NCBI GenBank assembly: GCA_035570235.1
Contig: DATMML010000001.1
Span: 799-64,798 of the forward strand
Length of the DNA stretch: 64,000 nucleotides
Reading direction: 5' to 3'
Source: Vicinamibacteria bacterium
Lineage (GTDB): Bacteria; Acidobacteriota; Vicinamibacteria; Fen-336
Notes under the pieces: model-generated
The model's database searches: none
Seen by the model: the letters and a program-made list of their open reading frames with translations, nothing else
What the model was told of the DNA's origin: nothing
Part shown: piece by piece, positions 36,844 through 47,170 of the stretch
Numbering within the stretch: the stretch's first letter is position 1
How the letters are laid out: each line of letters starts with the position of its first letter
Made by a program: the position numbers and the translations under genes

Positions 36844-38117
36844 ACTTGACCCCGGAACAACAGGAGCTGGGGCGGCGCAACTTTCTGAGGGCGCTGGCGG
36901 GGACGCCCGCCCTCGTCGCGCTGGGAGCGGCCGCCGCCCTCAAGGGGCCCGTACGCGGGGGCCCCGTCCGGCTGGGTTTCGTGGGCTTGGGCGCCCAGGG
37001 CCGCACCCTCCTGCAGGCGGCGGATCCCGCCTTCGGCGAGGTGCGGGCGCTCTGCGACATCAACCCCGCGCACCTGGCCCGGGCGGACGAGATTCTGGCC
37101 AAGGCGGGCAAGCCGCAGGCTCGCCACTACGAAGACTGGCGGGAGATGCTCCAGAAAGAGGACCTGGAGGCGGTGGTCATGGCCCCCCCTCTCTGGCTTC
37201 ATGCCGAGATGGCCTCGGGTTGCCTGGAGGCGGGCAAGCACGTTCTCTGCGAGAAGATGATGGCCTGGGACCTGGACGGCTGCCGGCGCATGCAGGAGGC
37301 GGCGCGGAAGAGCGGCCGGATCCTCGAGATCGGCTATCAGCGCTTCTACAACCCGGTCTACCAGGCCGCCTACGAAGGCATCATCAAGCCCGGCCTGCTG
37401 GGGGATGTCTACGTGGCCCGCCTCGTCTGGCACCGCAACGGCAACTGGCGGCGCCAGGAGGAGCCGCCCGCTCCCGGCTACGATCCCTCCCGCTGGGGCT
37501 ATCCCACCTTCGAGAAGCTCCTGAACTGGCGGCTTTACTGGCGCTATTCGAAGGGGTTGCTGGCGGAGCTCGGCAGCCACCAGCTGAACACCGCCAACTG
37601 GTTCTTCGGGGGGGTGCCGGAGGCGGTGATGGCGACGGGAGGTGTCTACCGGTTCAAGGACGGGCGGGAGGTGGAAGACCACCTCTTCGCCACCTTCGAG
37701 TACCCGCAGGGACGCACGGCCGTCTTCTCGACGATCGAGTCGAATGCCTACGACGACTACTACGAGATGTTCATGGGGACCAAGGCCACGCTCATCCTCC
37801 GGGCGGAGACCGAGGTCTACCTGTTCGAGGAGGGGGACAAGAGAGCGACCGGACTCGAGGTCACCCCCAAAGGCTCGGGACCCGCCCTCGAGGCCTCGGA
37901 GACCCGGGCCCCCGACGCGGCGGGGAAGCGGGGGGTCATGGCCACGGACCGGACCGACCGGCGGCTCTCCTATCGGTTGGAGATTTCCGAGTTCTGTGCG
38001 GCCATTCGCGTGGGCCGGCCCTTGCGCTGCGGCCCCGACAAGGCCCTGGGCTCGGCGCGCGCGTGTCTGGCCGCACATGAGGCCATCGAGAAGAAAGCGC
38101 GGGTCCTTCTGGCATGA
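36840..38117 (+). CDS. Gfo/Idh/MocA family oxidoreductase with a Tat signal
   Basis: The Tat signal is [25 protein letters not shown]. The Rossmann segment is [14 protein letters not shown] and the EKP motif is [10 protein letters not shown]. An ATGA overlap with the DoxX stop shows translational coupling. Confidence 0.8.
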   Translation: MNLTPEQQELGRRNFLRALAGTPALVALGAAAALKGPVRGGPVRLGFVGLGAQGRTLLQAADPAFGEVRALCDINPAHLARADEILAKAGKPQARHYEDWREMLQKEDLEAVVMAPPLWLHAEMASGCLEAGKHVLCEKMMAWDLDGCRRMQEAARKSGRILEIGYQRFYNPVYQAAYEGIIKPGLLGDVYVARLVWHRNGNWRRQEEPPAPGYDPSRWGYPTFEKLLNWRLYWRYSKGLLAELGSHQLNTANWFFGGVPEAVMATGGVYRFKDGREVEDHLFATFEYPQGRTAVFSTIESNAYDDYYEMFMGTKATLILRAETEVYLFEEGDKRATGLEVTPKGSGPALEASETRAPDAAGKRGVMATDRTDRRLSYRLEISEFCAAIRVGRPLRCGPDKALGSARACLAAHEAIEKKARVLLA

Positions 38118-38806
38118 CCGCGGGAACGCCTCTGTCTCTACCCGGCACGGTGCGCTACCGCACAAAGCAAGAGCTCGTCTACCAGACCCTCCGCAGCGCC
38201 ATCATGCGCTGCGACCTCCGCCCCGGCCAGCGCCTGGTCATCGACGAGCTGGCCCGACAGCTCGAGGTCAGCGCGATCCCCGTCCGGGAGGCCCTCCACC
38301 TCCTCCAGTCCGAGGGCCTGGTCACGAGCGTCCCCCACGTGGGGGCCACCGTGAGCCTGATCTCCCGGGAATCTATCGACGAGGTCTTCGCCGTCCTCGA
38401 AGGCCTTGAGATCGTGGCCACCCGCAGCGCCACCCTTCGCCTCACGAGCGCGGATGCCGCGACCCTGGAGGGGATCACGGTCGCCATGGACGAGGCATTG
38501 CAAACGGGTCGCAACGAGGAGTGGGCGGACCTGAACTCCCGCTTCCATCTCGCCATCAGCCGCCTGAGCGCGATGCCGATGCTCCAGGAGATGACGGAGC
38601 GGGTGCTGGACCACTGGGACCGAGTGCGCCGGTTCTACTTCAGCGGGGTGCTCGTCCGCCGGATCGAGCAGGCCCAGGAGGAGCACCGCGTCCTGCTTCG
38701 GGCCATGAAGGCCAAGGACCTGGTGGCTCTGGAGCGGACGGTGAAGCAGCACAATCAGGGGGCGCTCCTCGCCTACGCAGAGTACTTGCAGGAAGGCGCG
38801 CAATGA
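38114..38806 (+). CDS. GntR family transcriptional regulator (FadR/FCD subfamily)
   Basis: The N-terminal wHTH is [48 protein letters not shown]. The C-terminal all-helical FCD domain follows. It overlaps the preceding gene by 4 nt. Confidence 0.85.
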   Translation: MTAGTPLSLPGTVRYRTKQELVYQTLRSAIMRCDLRPGQRLVIDELARQLEVSAIPVREALHLLQSEGLVTSVPHVGATVSLISRESIDEVFAVLEGLEIVATRSATLRLTSADAATLEGITVAMDEALQTGRNEEWADLNSRFHLAISRLSAMPMLQEMTERVLDHWDRVRRFYFSGVLVRRIEQAQEEHRVLLRAMKAKDLVALERTVKQHNQGALLAYAEYLQEGAQ

Positions 38807-38896
38807 CGAGTCTCCCGCGGGGCCTTCCGGGGCCGACCCCGCACAGGGCCCCCTCCGCCCCCCGCGGCCCGGCTCGGGCACGGAAAGGAGCGGGCT

Positions 38897-40333
38897 TTGA
38901 ACTGGCCGCGCGTGGCCTCGCTCAAGACCGCGGACGCCTTTCGCTCGCATCTTGAGCGGAGCGGCATCCTCCTGAAGTTCGACGAGGCGCTGGCGCCCGG
39001 CGCCTCCTCGCCCCTGGCCCGCCCCTTCGAGCTCGGGGGCGTACGGGTCGGCAATCGCTTCTGCATACTGCCCATGGAGGGGTGGGACGGAACCCGGGAA
39101 GGCGAGCCCAGCGAGTTGACCGGACGCCGCTGGCACAACTTCGGGGTGAGCGGGGCCAAGCTGATCTGGGGCGGGGAGGCGGTGGCCGTGCGCTTCGACG
39201 GCCGGGCCAACCCCAACCAGCTCCTGATCACGGAGAGGACGCTGCCCGGCCTCGCCCGGCTCCGGGAAACGCTGGTTCGGGCCCATCTGGAAAAGTTCGG
39301 GCCGGGCGCGGAGACCGACCTCCATGTCGGGCTCCAGCTCACCCACTCCGGGCGCTTCGCGCGGCCCTTTGCCACCGACCGCCCGGAACCCCGCACCGCC
39401 TATGCGCACCCCTGGCTCGACCGGCGCTTCCCCGGTGAGATCCGCATGCTCGGTGACGACGAGCTCGACCGTCTTACCGGCGACTTCGTGCGGGCCGCGC
39501 GCCTGGCCCGCTCCATCGGCTTTGCTTTCGTGGACATCAAGCACTGTCATGGCTACCTCGGCCACGAGCTGCTCTCGGCGCGGGACCGGCCGGGCCCCTA
39601 CGGGGGCTCCTTTAAGAACCGGACCCGCTTCCTTCGTGAGGTGGTGGCGGGCATCCGGGCGGAGGCCCCGGGGCTGGGGGTGGGGGTGCGGGTCTCGATC
39701 TTCGACACCGTCCCCTTTCGAAAGGGCGGCGACGGGTTGGGACATCCGGAGGCGGATCCCGCGGGCTACCGTTGGGCCTTCGGCCTCTTGGAGGACGAGC
39801 GGCTCCCGGAGGCCCTCGAGGAGGCTCGCACCTTGCTTCGCCTCCTGGAAACCCTGGGCGTCCGCTGGATCTGCGCGACGGCGGGGAGCCCCTATTACAA
39901 CCCCCACGTCCAGCGCCCCGCGTTCTTTCCCCCCAGCGACGGCTATGAGCCCCCCGAGGATCCCCTGCGGGGCGTGGCCCGGCAGATCCAGGCCACCGCC
40001 CTCCTCAAGGCGGAGTTCCCGGGTCTGGCCGTGGTCGGATCGGCCTACAGCTACCTGCAGGAGTGGCTCCCCCACGTGGCCCAGCACACCATCCGCACGG
40101 GGGGGGCCGATTTCGTGGGCCTGGGCCGGCTGGTCCTGTCCTACCCGGAGCTGCCCGCCGACGTGCTGGCGGGGGTGCCGCTTCGGCGCAAGAAGCTCTG
40201 CCGGACCTTCAGCGATTGCACCAGCGGCCCCCGCAATGGCCTCGTCTCCGGTTGCTATCCGCTCGATCCCTTCTATGTGGACCACCCGGACGCCGAGCGG
40301 CTCCGCCGCGCCAAGGAGGCCCTACGAGTCTGA
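38897..40333 (+). CDS. NADH:flavin oxidoreductase / Old Yellow Enzyme family
   Basis: This is the OYE TIM-barrel pattern ([48 protein letters not shown]). The start is a TTG per the track. An alternative in-frame GTG lies downstream. Confidence 0.7.
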   Translation: MNWPRVASLKTADAFRSHLERSGILLKFDEALAPGASSPLARPFELGGVRVGNRFCILPMEGWDGTREGEPSELTGRRWHNFGVSGAKLIWGGEAVAVRFDGRANPNQLLITERTLPGLARLRETLVRAHLEKFGPGAETDLHVGLQLTHSGRFARPFATDRPEPRTAYAHPWLDRRFPGEIRMLGDDELDRLTGDFVRAARLARSIGFAFVDIKHCHGYLGHELLSARDRPGPYGGSFKNRTRFLREVVAGIRAEAPGLGVGVRVSIFDTVPFRKGGDGLGHPEADPAGYRWAFGLLEDERLPEALEEARTLLRLLETLGVRWICATAGSPYYNPHVQRPAFFPPSDGYEPPEDPLRGVARQIQATALLKAEFPGLAVVGSAYSYLQEWLPHVAQHTIRTGGADFVGLGRLVLSYPELPADVLAGVPLRRKKLCRTFSDCTSGPRNGLVSGCYPLDPFYVDHPDAERLRRAKEALRV

Positions 40334-41583
40334 GCCAGCCCGCGGACGACCAGCGCCGCTTCCGGCTGCTGGCGGTGGCGACCGCGTTTTTGGCCCTTTT
40401 CTCGGTCGTGGGCTGCGCCCTTTATGGCCTCCCCTTCTTCTACGATTTCCTGGTCCGCGATCTAGGCTGGACCCGCGCGCAGGTGACGTGGGGCAACGGT
40501 CTCAGCAAGCTGCTGGTGGGGCCGCTCTTCGGCTTCCTAGCCGGCGCGATCATCGATGCCGTCGGGCCCCGCCGGGTGATGATGGTGGGGATCTTGATGG
40601 CGGGGGGTGCGCTCGTGGGCCTCTCCGGCGTCACGAGCCTGGGAGCCTTCTACGGCTTCTACTTCTTGAACGCCCTGGGCTATGTCTGCGGCGGACCGCT
40701 CCCCAACCAGGTACTGCTCTCGCGCTGGTTCGAGGCCGGCCGCGGCAAGGCCATGGGCGTCGCCTACCTGGGGATCGGTCTGGGCGGTGCCCTGGTCCCC
40801 CTCGTCGCCCACGCCCTTACCGAGTCCTTGGGTTGGCGGGGGGCGATGGGAACCCTGGGCCTCCTGATGCTCGTGATCGCTCTCCCCGCCGCCTTCTTCG
40901 TTCGCGAGCCTTTGGGAGACCCAGCTGCGGGGGGCCCCGCGGTCGTAATCGTCTCCTTGGGGGTCATCCTGCGCCGGCCGGCCTTCTACCTCCTGGCCCT
41001 CGGCAGCATGTGCTCGATCGGCGCCGTGGGGGGGACCATGCAGAACCTCAAGCTCTACCTGAGCCTCGACCGCGGGCTCGCCCAGGGTCGAGTGGCCGCC
41101 CTGCTCTCCGTCATCCTCGCCGGGAGCATCGCCGGCCGCCTCCTGATGGGCTGGCTGGCCGACGTCTGGGCCAAGAAGCGCGTGATGCTGCTCATCTACG
41201 CCATCGTGGCCGCCACCATCCCCCTCCTCGCCTTCGCGGCCTCGCCGCCGGCCCTCCTCGCGGCGGCCCTCCTCTTTGGCATCGGCCTGGGCGGCGACTA
41301 TATGATCATCCCCCTGATGGCGGCGGAGCTATTCGGAGTGAGGGTCCTGGGGCGGCTCATGGGGGTCATCCTCACCGCGGACGGGGTGGCGGAGGCCGTG
41401 GTCCCCGTCCTCGTGGCCGGGATCCGCGACCGCGCGGGCAGCTACGCGAGCGGCTTCCTCCTCCTGGTAGGGCTGGCCGCCCTGGGTGCGCTGGCGGTGG
41501 CGCTCCTGCCGCGGCCCGTCGCCGCGTCTGCCCCCAAGGACGGCGCGCCTGCGGCGGGGGAGGAAGCGATGGTCCGCCCGTGA
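40330..41583 (+). CDS. MFS transporter
   Basis: The 12-TM MFS body is [15 protein letters not shown]...[20 protein letters not shown]. The positively charged pre-TM1 segment DDQRRFRLL has no canonical start between it and the OYE stop. I tentatively placed the initiator at the CTG at 40330, which overlaps the OYE TGA. A GTG at 40375 would begin inside TM1. Confidence 0.6.
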   Translation: MSQPADDQRRFRLLAVATAFLALFSVVGCALYGLPFFYDFLVRDLGWTRAQVTWGNGLSKLLVGPLFGFLAGAIIDAVGPRRVMMVGILMAGGALVGLSGVTSLGAFYGFYFLNALGYVCGGPLPNQVLLSRWFEAGRGKAMGVAYLGIGLGGALVPLVAHALTESLGWRGAMGTLGLLMLVIALPAAFFVREPLGDPAAGGPAVVIVSLGVILRRPAFYLLALGSMCSIGAVGGTMQNLKLYLSLDRGLAQGRVAALLSVILAGSIAGRLLMGWLADVWAKKRVMLLIYAIVAATIPLLAFAASPPALLAAALLFGIGLGGDYMIIPLMAAELFGVRVLGRLMGVILTADGVAEAVVPVLVAGIRDRAGSYASGFLLLVGLAALGALAVALLPRPVAASAPKDGAPAAGEEAMVRP

Positions 41584-43310
41584 ACGGGCCCAAGAAGGCC
41601 GTGGCCGACCTGCGGAGCCAACGCTGGTTCGGCCGGGGCGACATGCGCTCCTTCGGCCACCGTTCCCGCGCCAAGCAGGAAGGGTTTGCGGGGGAGGACT
41701 TCCTGGGCAAGCCCGTGATCGCGATCCTCAACACGTGGAGCGACGCGAATCCCTGCCATGCCCACTTCCGCATGCGGGCGGAGGAGGTGAAGCGCGGCGT
41801 CTGGCAGGCGGGCGGCTTCCCCCTGGAGATGCCGGTGCTCTCCGTGGGAGAGACCTTCATGAAGCCCTCCCCCATGCTCTACCGGAACCTCCTGGCCATG
41901 GAGGCGGAGGAGGTGCTCCGCGCGAACCCCGTCGACGGGGTCGTGCTCCTGGGCGGCTGCGACAAGACCGTCCCCGGCCTGCTCATGGGCGCCACCAGCA
42001 TGAACCTGCCCGCCCTCTTTCTTCCCGCCGGGCCCATGCTGCGCGGGAACTGGCGCGGCGGCGTCCTCGGAAGCGGGACCGACCTCTGGAAGTACTGGAC
42101 GGAGAAGCGCGCCGGCAACCTCGACGAGTGCGCCTGGCGGGAGATGGAGGAAGGGATCGCCCGCTCCTTCGGGACCTGCATGACCATGGGGACGGCCTCC
42201 ACCATGGCGGCGGCGGCGGAGGCCCTGGGCATGACCCTGCCCGGCGCTTCTTCGATCCCCGCCGCCGACTCCGGCCACCCCCGGCTGGCCTCCGCCAGCG
42301 GACGGAGGATCGTGGAGATGGTGTTCGCGGACCTGAAGCCCCGGGACATCCTCACCCCGCCCGCCTTCGACAACGCCATCAGAGTGGTGATGGCCCTTGG
42401 GGGGTCGACCAACGCCATCGTTCACCTGGTCGCGATGGCGGGTCGGGCGGGGGTGGGGCTCGGCCTCGACCGCTTCGACGCCCTCTCGCGGCGCACGCCC
42501 TTCCTCGCCAACATCCGGCCCTCGGGCGAGTACTTGATGGAGGACTTCTACTACGCGGGGGGCCTGCGCGGCCTCATGGCCTCGATGGGGGATCTCCTCG
42601 ACCTCGGGGCCATGACCGCCAACTCCCGCACCTTGGGCGAGAACCTGGAAGGAGCGCAGGTCTTCAACCAGAACGTGATCGCCCCCCGGGAGCAGCCCCT
42701 GGGGCCCGAAGGTGGACTCGCCGTCCTCAGGGGTAACCTCGCCCCCGACGGGGCGGTGATCAAGCACACCGCCATGGAGAGGCGCCTCCTCCGGCACGCG
42801 GGGAAGGCGGTTGTCTTCCGCGACTACAACGACCTCGTGGCCCGCATCGACGACCCCGGCCTTGCCGTCACCGCGGACTCGGTTCTCGTCCTGCAGAACG
42901 CCGGCCCCCTGGGAGGGCCGGGGATGCCAGAGTGGGGGATGCTGCCCCTCCCCAAGAAGCTCTTGGAGCAGGGCGTGCGCGACATGGTCCGGATCTCCGA
43001 CGCGCGGATGAGCGGAACCAGCTACGGTGCCTGCGTCCTCCACGTGGCCCCGGAGTCCTTCGTGGGAGGCCCCCTGGCCCTGGTCCGGGAGGGAGACGTC
43101 ATCGAGCTCGACGTTCCCGCCCGGCAGCTCACCCTGAAGGTGCCGGAGGAGGAGCTCGCCCGTCGGCGGGCGGAGTGGAGGCCCCGCGATTTCCCCTACC
43201 CCCGAGGCTTCGGCGCCCTGTACGCCCGCCACGTCACCCAAGCGAACCGGGGATGTGACTTCGACTTCCTCGAGGGGACGGCGCCCGTGCCCGAGCCGGA
43301 GATCCATTGA
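41580..43310 (+). CDS. IlvD/EDD family sugar-acid dehydratase (L-arabonate/D-xylonate/galactonate dehydratase-like)
   Basis: The start is a GTG at 41580 that overlaps the MFS stop (GTGA). The N-terminus LRSQRWFGRGD is typical of the pentonate-dehydratase subgroup. The Fe-S/Mg motifs are GGCDKTVPGLLMG and SGTSYGACVLHVAPE. The upstream part of track ORF 39324.. is an artefactual read-through frame. Confidence 0.85.
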   Translation: MNGPKKAVADLRSQRWFGRGDMRSFGHRSRAKQEGFAGEDFLGKPVIAILNTWSDANPCHAHFRMRAEEVKRGVWQAGGFPLEMPVLSVGETFMKPSPMLYRNLLAMEAEEVLRANPVDGVVLLGGCDKTVPGLLMGATSMNLPALFLPAGPMLRGNWRGGVLGSGTDLWKYWTEKRAGNLDECAWREMEEGIARSFGTCMTMGTASTMAAAAEALGMTLPGASSIPAADSGHPRLASASGRRIVEMVFADLKPRDILTPPAFDNAIRVVMALGGSTNAIVHLVAMAGRAGVGLGLDRFDALSRRTPFLANIRPSGEYLMEDFYYAGGLRGLMASMGDLLDLGAMTANSRTLGENLEGAQVFNQNVIAPREQPLGPEGGLAVLRGNLAPDGAVIKHTAMERRLLRHAGKAVVFRDYNDLVARIDDPGLAVTADSVLVLQNAGPLGGPGMPEWGMLPLPKKLLEQGVRDMVRISDARMSGTSYGACVLHVAPESFVGGPLALVREGDVIELDVPARQLTLKVPEEELARRRAEWRPRDFPYPRGFGALYARHVTQANRGCDFDFLEGTAPVPEPEIH

Positions 43311-44230
43311 AGGAGCTAAGCGCCCCGGACCCCGGCCCGTTCCGGTCGAAGCTCGTGGGGGTGATCGCCTTCCCGGTCACGCCCTTCCGCGAGGACCTCT
43401 CGCTCGACCTTGCCGGCCTGCGCCGCAACCTCCGGGCCCTCGTGGAGCACCCCGTGCGCGCGGTGGTGGCGGCGGGGGGCACGGGCGAGCTCTATTCGCT
43501 CACTCCCGTCGAGCACTCCCAGGTGGTGGCGGCCATGGTGGAGGAGACCCGCGGGAGGGTGCCCGTCATCGCGGGGGTGGGATTCGGCCACGCCCTCGCG
43601 GTGGAGATGGCGGAGGCGTCCGCGCGCGCGGGGGCGGAGGCCATCCTGGCCCTGCCCCCCTACTACCCGAACGCGGACGAGCAGGGGCTCCTCAAGTACT
43701 ACGAGGCCATCGGCCGAGCCACCCCCCACCCGCTCCTCGTCTACAGCCGCGACTGGGTCAACCCGGGGCCGGAATGGGTGGAGCGGCTGGCCGCCCGCGT
43801 TCCCACCCTCGCCGCCTGGAAGGAGGGGCAGGGCGACATCCGGCGCTGCCAGCAGATCATGGCCCGCCTAGGCGACCGGCTCCACTGGATCGGGGGCGCG
43901 GGCGACGACTGCGTGCCCGGCTACTACAGCATCGGCATCCGAACCTACACCTCGAGCATCGCCAACGTCGCGCCCCGCCTCTCCCTCCAGCTCCACGAGG
44001 CCGCCTCCGGGGGTGACGCCGCGACCCTGAGCCGCCTCATGGAGCTCTACGTGGTGCCCCTCTATGCCCTTCGAAGCCGGCGGCGGGGGTACGAGGTCTC
44101 GGTCATGAAGGAGATGATGAACGGGCTGGGCCTGGCGGCGGGTCCGGTGCGCCCCCCCCTTCCCGCCCTGACCCCCGAGGACCAGGCGGAGGTTGCGGCC
44201 CTGCTCCGGAAGTGGCAGCCGGTGCTCTAA
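43307..44230 (+). CDS. kdgD: DHDPS/DapA-family enzyme of the 5-dehydro-4-deoxyglucarate dehydratase (KdgD) type. It is a probable 2-keto-3-deoxy sugar-acid dehydratase.
   Basis: The GGTGE variant (AAGGTGELYSL) replaces the DapA GTTGE. Other motifs are YYPNADEQGLL, WKEGQGDIRR and the C-terminal YEVSVMKEMMNGLGLAAGPVRPPL. There is an ATGA overlap with the IlvD/EDD stop. Confidence 0.75.
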   Translation: MKELSAPDPGPFRSKLVGVIAFPVTPFREDLSLDLAGLRRNLRALVEHPVRAVVAAGGTGELYSLTPVEHSQVVAAMVEETRGRVPVIAGVGFGHALAVEMAEASARAGAEAILALPPYYPNADEQGLLKYYEAIGRATPHPLLVYSRDWVNPGPEWVERLAARVPTLAAWKEGQGDIRRCQQIMARLGDRLHWIGGAGDDCVPGYYSIGIRTYTSSIANVAPRLSLQLHEAASGGDAATLSRLMELYVVPLYALRSRRRGYEVSVMKEMMNGLGLAAGPVRPPLPALTPEDQAEVAALLRKWQPVL

Positions 44231-44240
44231 GGGGGTCGCG

Positions 44241-45218
44241 ATGAAGACGACGGCTGTTGCCGCAGAGGACCTAAAGGGCGTGATGGCGGTGCCCCCCCTC
44301 GCCCGCAAGCAAGCCCCCTCGCGCCCGCTCGATTTCCCCGAGAACGACCGGCTTCTGCACCACATGATCGCGGGCGGGATCACCCGGTTCCTGTACGGGG
44401 GCAACGCCTTCCTCTACCACCTGAGCCTTGCCGAGTACGAGGAGCTCTTGGACTGGCTGGCCGCCTTTCCCGATGGCTGCTGGGCGATCCCCAGCCTGGG
44501 CCCCTCCTACGGGCGGGCCCGGGACCAGGCGGCTCTCCTGGGCCGCCACCGCTTTCCCTGTGCCTTGGCCCTGCCCTGCGGCGATCCCCGCGACGCCCTC
44601 GGCCTGGAGGCGGGGCTGCGGGAGGTGGCGGAGGCCGCCGGCCTCCCCCTCATCCTCTACCTTAAAGAGGAGGCCAACTTTGGGAGCGACCTCGAGGCCG
44701 GCCTGGACGCCGTGGCCCGCCTGGTGGAGGCAAAGATCTGCGTGGCCATCAAGTACGCGATCGTGCGTCCTTCCCCGGGGCAGGACTCCTATCTCGAGCG
44801 GTTGCTCGCGCGCGTGGACAAGCGCCTCGTGATCAGCGGCATCGGTGAGCGTCCGGCCCCGACGCACATGCGGACCTTCGGCCTCCCCGGTTTCACCACC
44901 GGCTCCGGTTGCCTCGCGCCCGGCTTGAGCGGCGAGCTCTTCCATGCCTGCGCCCTGGGCGATTTCGCGCGGGCGGAGAAGATCCGGGCCGCCTTCCTGC
45001 CCCTGGAGGACCGGCGCGACGCCTGGGGTCCGGCCCGCGTCCTCCACGCCGCCCTGGAGCTGGCGGGGGTGGCGAGGACGGGGCCGATACCGCCCTTCGT
45101 GTCCGCGCTCCGCGACGACCAGCGCGGGCCGCTGCTCCCCATCGTTCGGGGGCTGCTCGCGGAAGAGGCCGCGCTGCGCCCAGCGGCGCGCCTCAATGCC
45201 ACGGAGGAAAGGCGATGA
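44241..45218 (+). CDS. second DHDPS/DapA-family lyase paralog (aldolase or dehydratase, substrate unknown)
   Basis: I trimmed to the ATG at 44241, which follows GGGGGTCGCG. The (beta/alpha)8 DapA-like pattern is present with a Lys in AIKYAIV. It is divergent from the preceding paralog. Confidence 0.65.
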   Translation: MKTTAVAAEDLKGVMAVPPLARKQAPSRPLDFPENDRLLHHMIAGGITRFLYGGNAFLYHLSLAEYEELLDWLAAFPDGCWAIPSLGPSYGRARDQAALLGRHRFPCALALPCGDPRDALGLEAGLREVAEAAGLPLILYLKEEANFGSDLEAGLDAVARLVEAKICVAIKYAIVRPSPGQDSYLERLLARVDKRLVISGIGERPAPTHMRTFGLPGFTTGSGCLAPGLSGELFHACALGDFARAEKIRAAFLPLEDRRDAWGPARVLHAALELAGVARTGPIPPFVSALRDDQRGPLLPIVRGLLAEEAALRPAARLNATEERR

Positions 45219-45261
45219 TAGGGGCGTCTCTGGCTCCCTCCGGGAGCCTCTAGGGTTCACC

Positions 45262-46284
45262 ATGCCCATCTGCGTCGGCATCCTGGGCGGGGGCGGCATC
45301 AGCGAGGCGCACGCTCGCGCCGCCCACGAGATCGAGGGGGTCGAGATCGCCGCCGTGGCGGGGGAGAACCCGGCCAAGGTCCAGGAGCTGGCCGACCGCT
45401 ACCACGCGGCCGCCTATGAGGGGACCGCGGAGCTGCTCCGACATCGTCCCTTGGACCTGGTCCTCATCGGGAGCCCACCCGGCCGGCACGCCGAGCAGGG
45501 GATCGCCGCCGCCCGGCAGGGGCTGCACGTGCTGGTCGAGAAGCCCATCGACGTGACCCTCCACCGGGCGGACGAGCTCATCGCCGCTTGCGAGGACGCG
45601 GGCGTCAAGCTCGGGGTCTTCTTCCAGGGTCGTTTCGCGCCGGACCTCGAGCGCCTCAAGCGAGCGGTCGACGACGGCGCCCTGGGGCGACCCTTCCTGG
45701 CCTCGGCGCGGGTCAAGTGGTGGAGGCCGCCCGAGTACTACTCTCACTCGCGCTGGCGCGGCCTTCTCGCCCTGGAGGGTGGAGGGGCCCTCTTGAGCCA
45801 AGGCATCCACACCCTTGATCTGCTCCTCTGGCTGCTGGGGGACGTGAGCCGGGTGTGGGCGCGGGCGGCCACGGCCCTGCATCGCATCGAGGTGGAGGAC
45901 ACCCTCGTCGCCACCCTGGAATTCGAGGGCGGAGCCCTGGCCACCCTCGAGGCCACCACCGCCGCCTTCCCGGGCTACCCCCGCGCGCTCGAGCTGACGG
46001 GGTCGGAAGGGACGGTGGTGATCGAGCAGGACCGGCTGCTCCGGGTCGACCTGCGGAGGCCCTGGCCGGGGCTTCTGAGCAGCGGCGAAAGGAGCAGGGA
46101 CGAGAGCGCGAGCTCACCCTTGGTGGGAGACGTGCGCGGCCACCGGGCCGCCCTCGAGGACTTTCTCCGCGCGATACGCGAGGGGGGCGAACCCCGGTGC
46201 AGCGGGCGCGAGGGGCGGCGGAGCCTGGCCGTGGTGGAGGCGCTCTACCGTGCGGCCCGGGGGGAGGTGGTGAGCCTGCCCTGA
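45262..46284 (+). CDS. Gfo/Idh/MocA family oxidoreductase (cytoplasmic; candidate sugar 1-dehydrogenase)
   Basis: I trimmed to the ATG at 45262 (MPICVGILGGGGISEAHA). The EKP motif is HVLVEKPIDV. The 106 codons upstream in the track ORF are an overlap artefact. Confidence 0.8.
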   Translation: MPICVGILGGGGISEAHARAAHEIEGVEIAAVAGENPAKVQELADRYHAAAYEGTAELLRHRPLDLVLIGSPPGRHAEQGIAAARQGLHVLVEKPIDVTLHRADELIAACEDAGVKLGVFFQGRFAPDLERLKRAVDDGALGRPFLASARVKWWRPPEYYSHSRWRGLLALEGGGALLSQGIHTLDLLLWLLGDVSRVWARAATALHRIEVEDTLVATLEFEGGALATLEATTAAFPGYPRALELTGSEGTVVIEQDRLLRVDLRRPWPGLLSSGERSRDESASSPLVGDVRGHRAALEDFLRAIREGGEPRCSGREGRRSLAVVEALYRAARGEVVSLP

Positions 46285-46393
46285 GCGGGGTGGCCGCGAG
46301 CTTGCTTGACCAACCCCGGGAGGGATGATAGCTAGTCGTCTCAAATAATCCGATGCGACCATCACTTCGAAAGCAGAGGGGGAACGCGCGCCC

Positions 46394-47170
46394 ATGACGC
46401 TCCGGGCCCTCGACCTGACGGGCCGCGTGGCGGTGGTGCTGGGGGGGACCTCCGGCATCGGGCTGGCCCTGGCCCGGGGGCTGGCCGAGGCCGGGGCCGA
46501 CGTGGTCCCGAGCTCGCGCCGGCGCGAGCAAGTGGAAGCGGCGGCGGCGGAGATCGAAGGCCTTGGCCGGCGAACCCTGCGCTTGACCACGGACGTGACC
46601 GACCGCGCCTCGCTGGAGGCGGCTCGGGAGCGAATCCTAGCCGGCCTGGGCAAGGTCGACATTCTGGTCAACAGCGCGGGTCGGACCAAGCGCACGCCCA
46701 CCCTCGACCTTCCGGAGGAGGAGTGGACCGCCATCCTCGACACCAACCTCACCGGCACCCTGCGCGCCTGCCAGGTCTTCGGCCGCCACATGCTGGACCG
46801 AGGCTACGGGCGGATCGTCAACATCGCCTCCCTCGCCTCCTTCGCCGCCCTCCTCGAGGTCGCGGCCTATACCGCAAGCAAGGCGGCGGTGGCCGCCCTC
46901 ACCAAATCGCTGGCCCTGGAGTGGGGGCCGCGGGGCGTGAACGTGAACGCCATCGCGCCCGGCGTCTTCCCCACCCCCCTCAACGCGGGCCTCCTCGAGG
47001 GAACCGATCGGGGGCGGGAGTTCCTGCTCCGGACGCCCCTGCGGAGGTTCGGGCGGGTGGAGGAGCTGCAGGGGGCCTGCGTCCTCCTGGCCTCGGAGGC
47101 GGCCAGCTTCGTGAACGGCGAGGTCTTGTGCGTGGACGGAGGGCTCCTGGCCAGCGCGGTCAACCAGTGA
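46394..47170 (+). CDS. SDR family oxidoreductase (candidate 2-keto-3-deoxy-L-fuconate dehydrogenase-type)
   Basis: The cofactor-binding motif is GGTSGIGLALA. NSAG and the YxxxK motif (YTASKAAVA) are present. It lies immediately upstream of the fuconate dehydratase and overlaps it. Confidence 0.8.
   Translation: MTLRALDLTGRVAVVLGGTSGIGLALARGLAEAGADVVPSSRRREQVEAAAAEIEGLGRRTLRLTTDVTDRASLEAARERILAGLGKVDILVNSAGRTKRTPTLDLPEEEWTAILDTNLTGTLRACQVFGRHMLDRGYGRIVNIASLASFAALLEVAAYTASKAAVAALTKSLALEWGPRGVNVNAIAPGVFPTPLNAGLLEGTDRGREFLLRTPLRRFGRVEELQGACVLLASEAASFVNGEVLCVDGGLLASAVNQ

Noticed and set aside
38138-40285. A 715-aa minus-strand ORF antisense to the GntR and OYE genes. The 621-aa ORF 41442..43307 antisense to ilvD/edd is a similar case.
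   Set aside because: These are high-GC antisense artefacts. The sense genes carry clear family motifs and translational-coupling overlaps.
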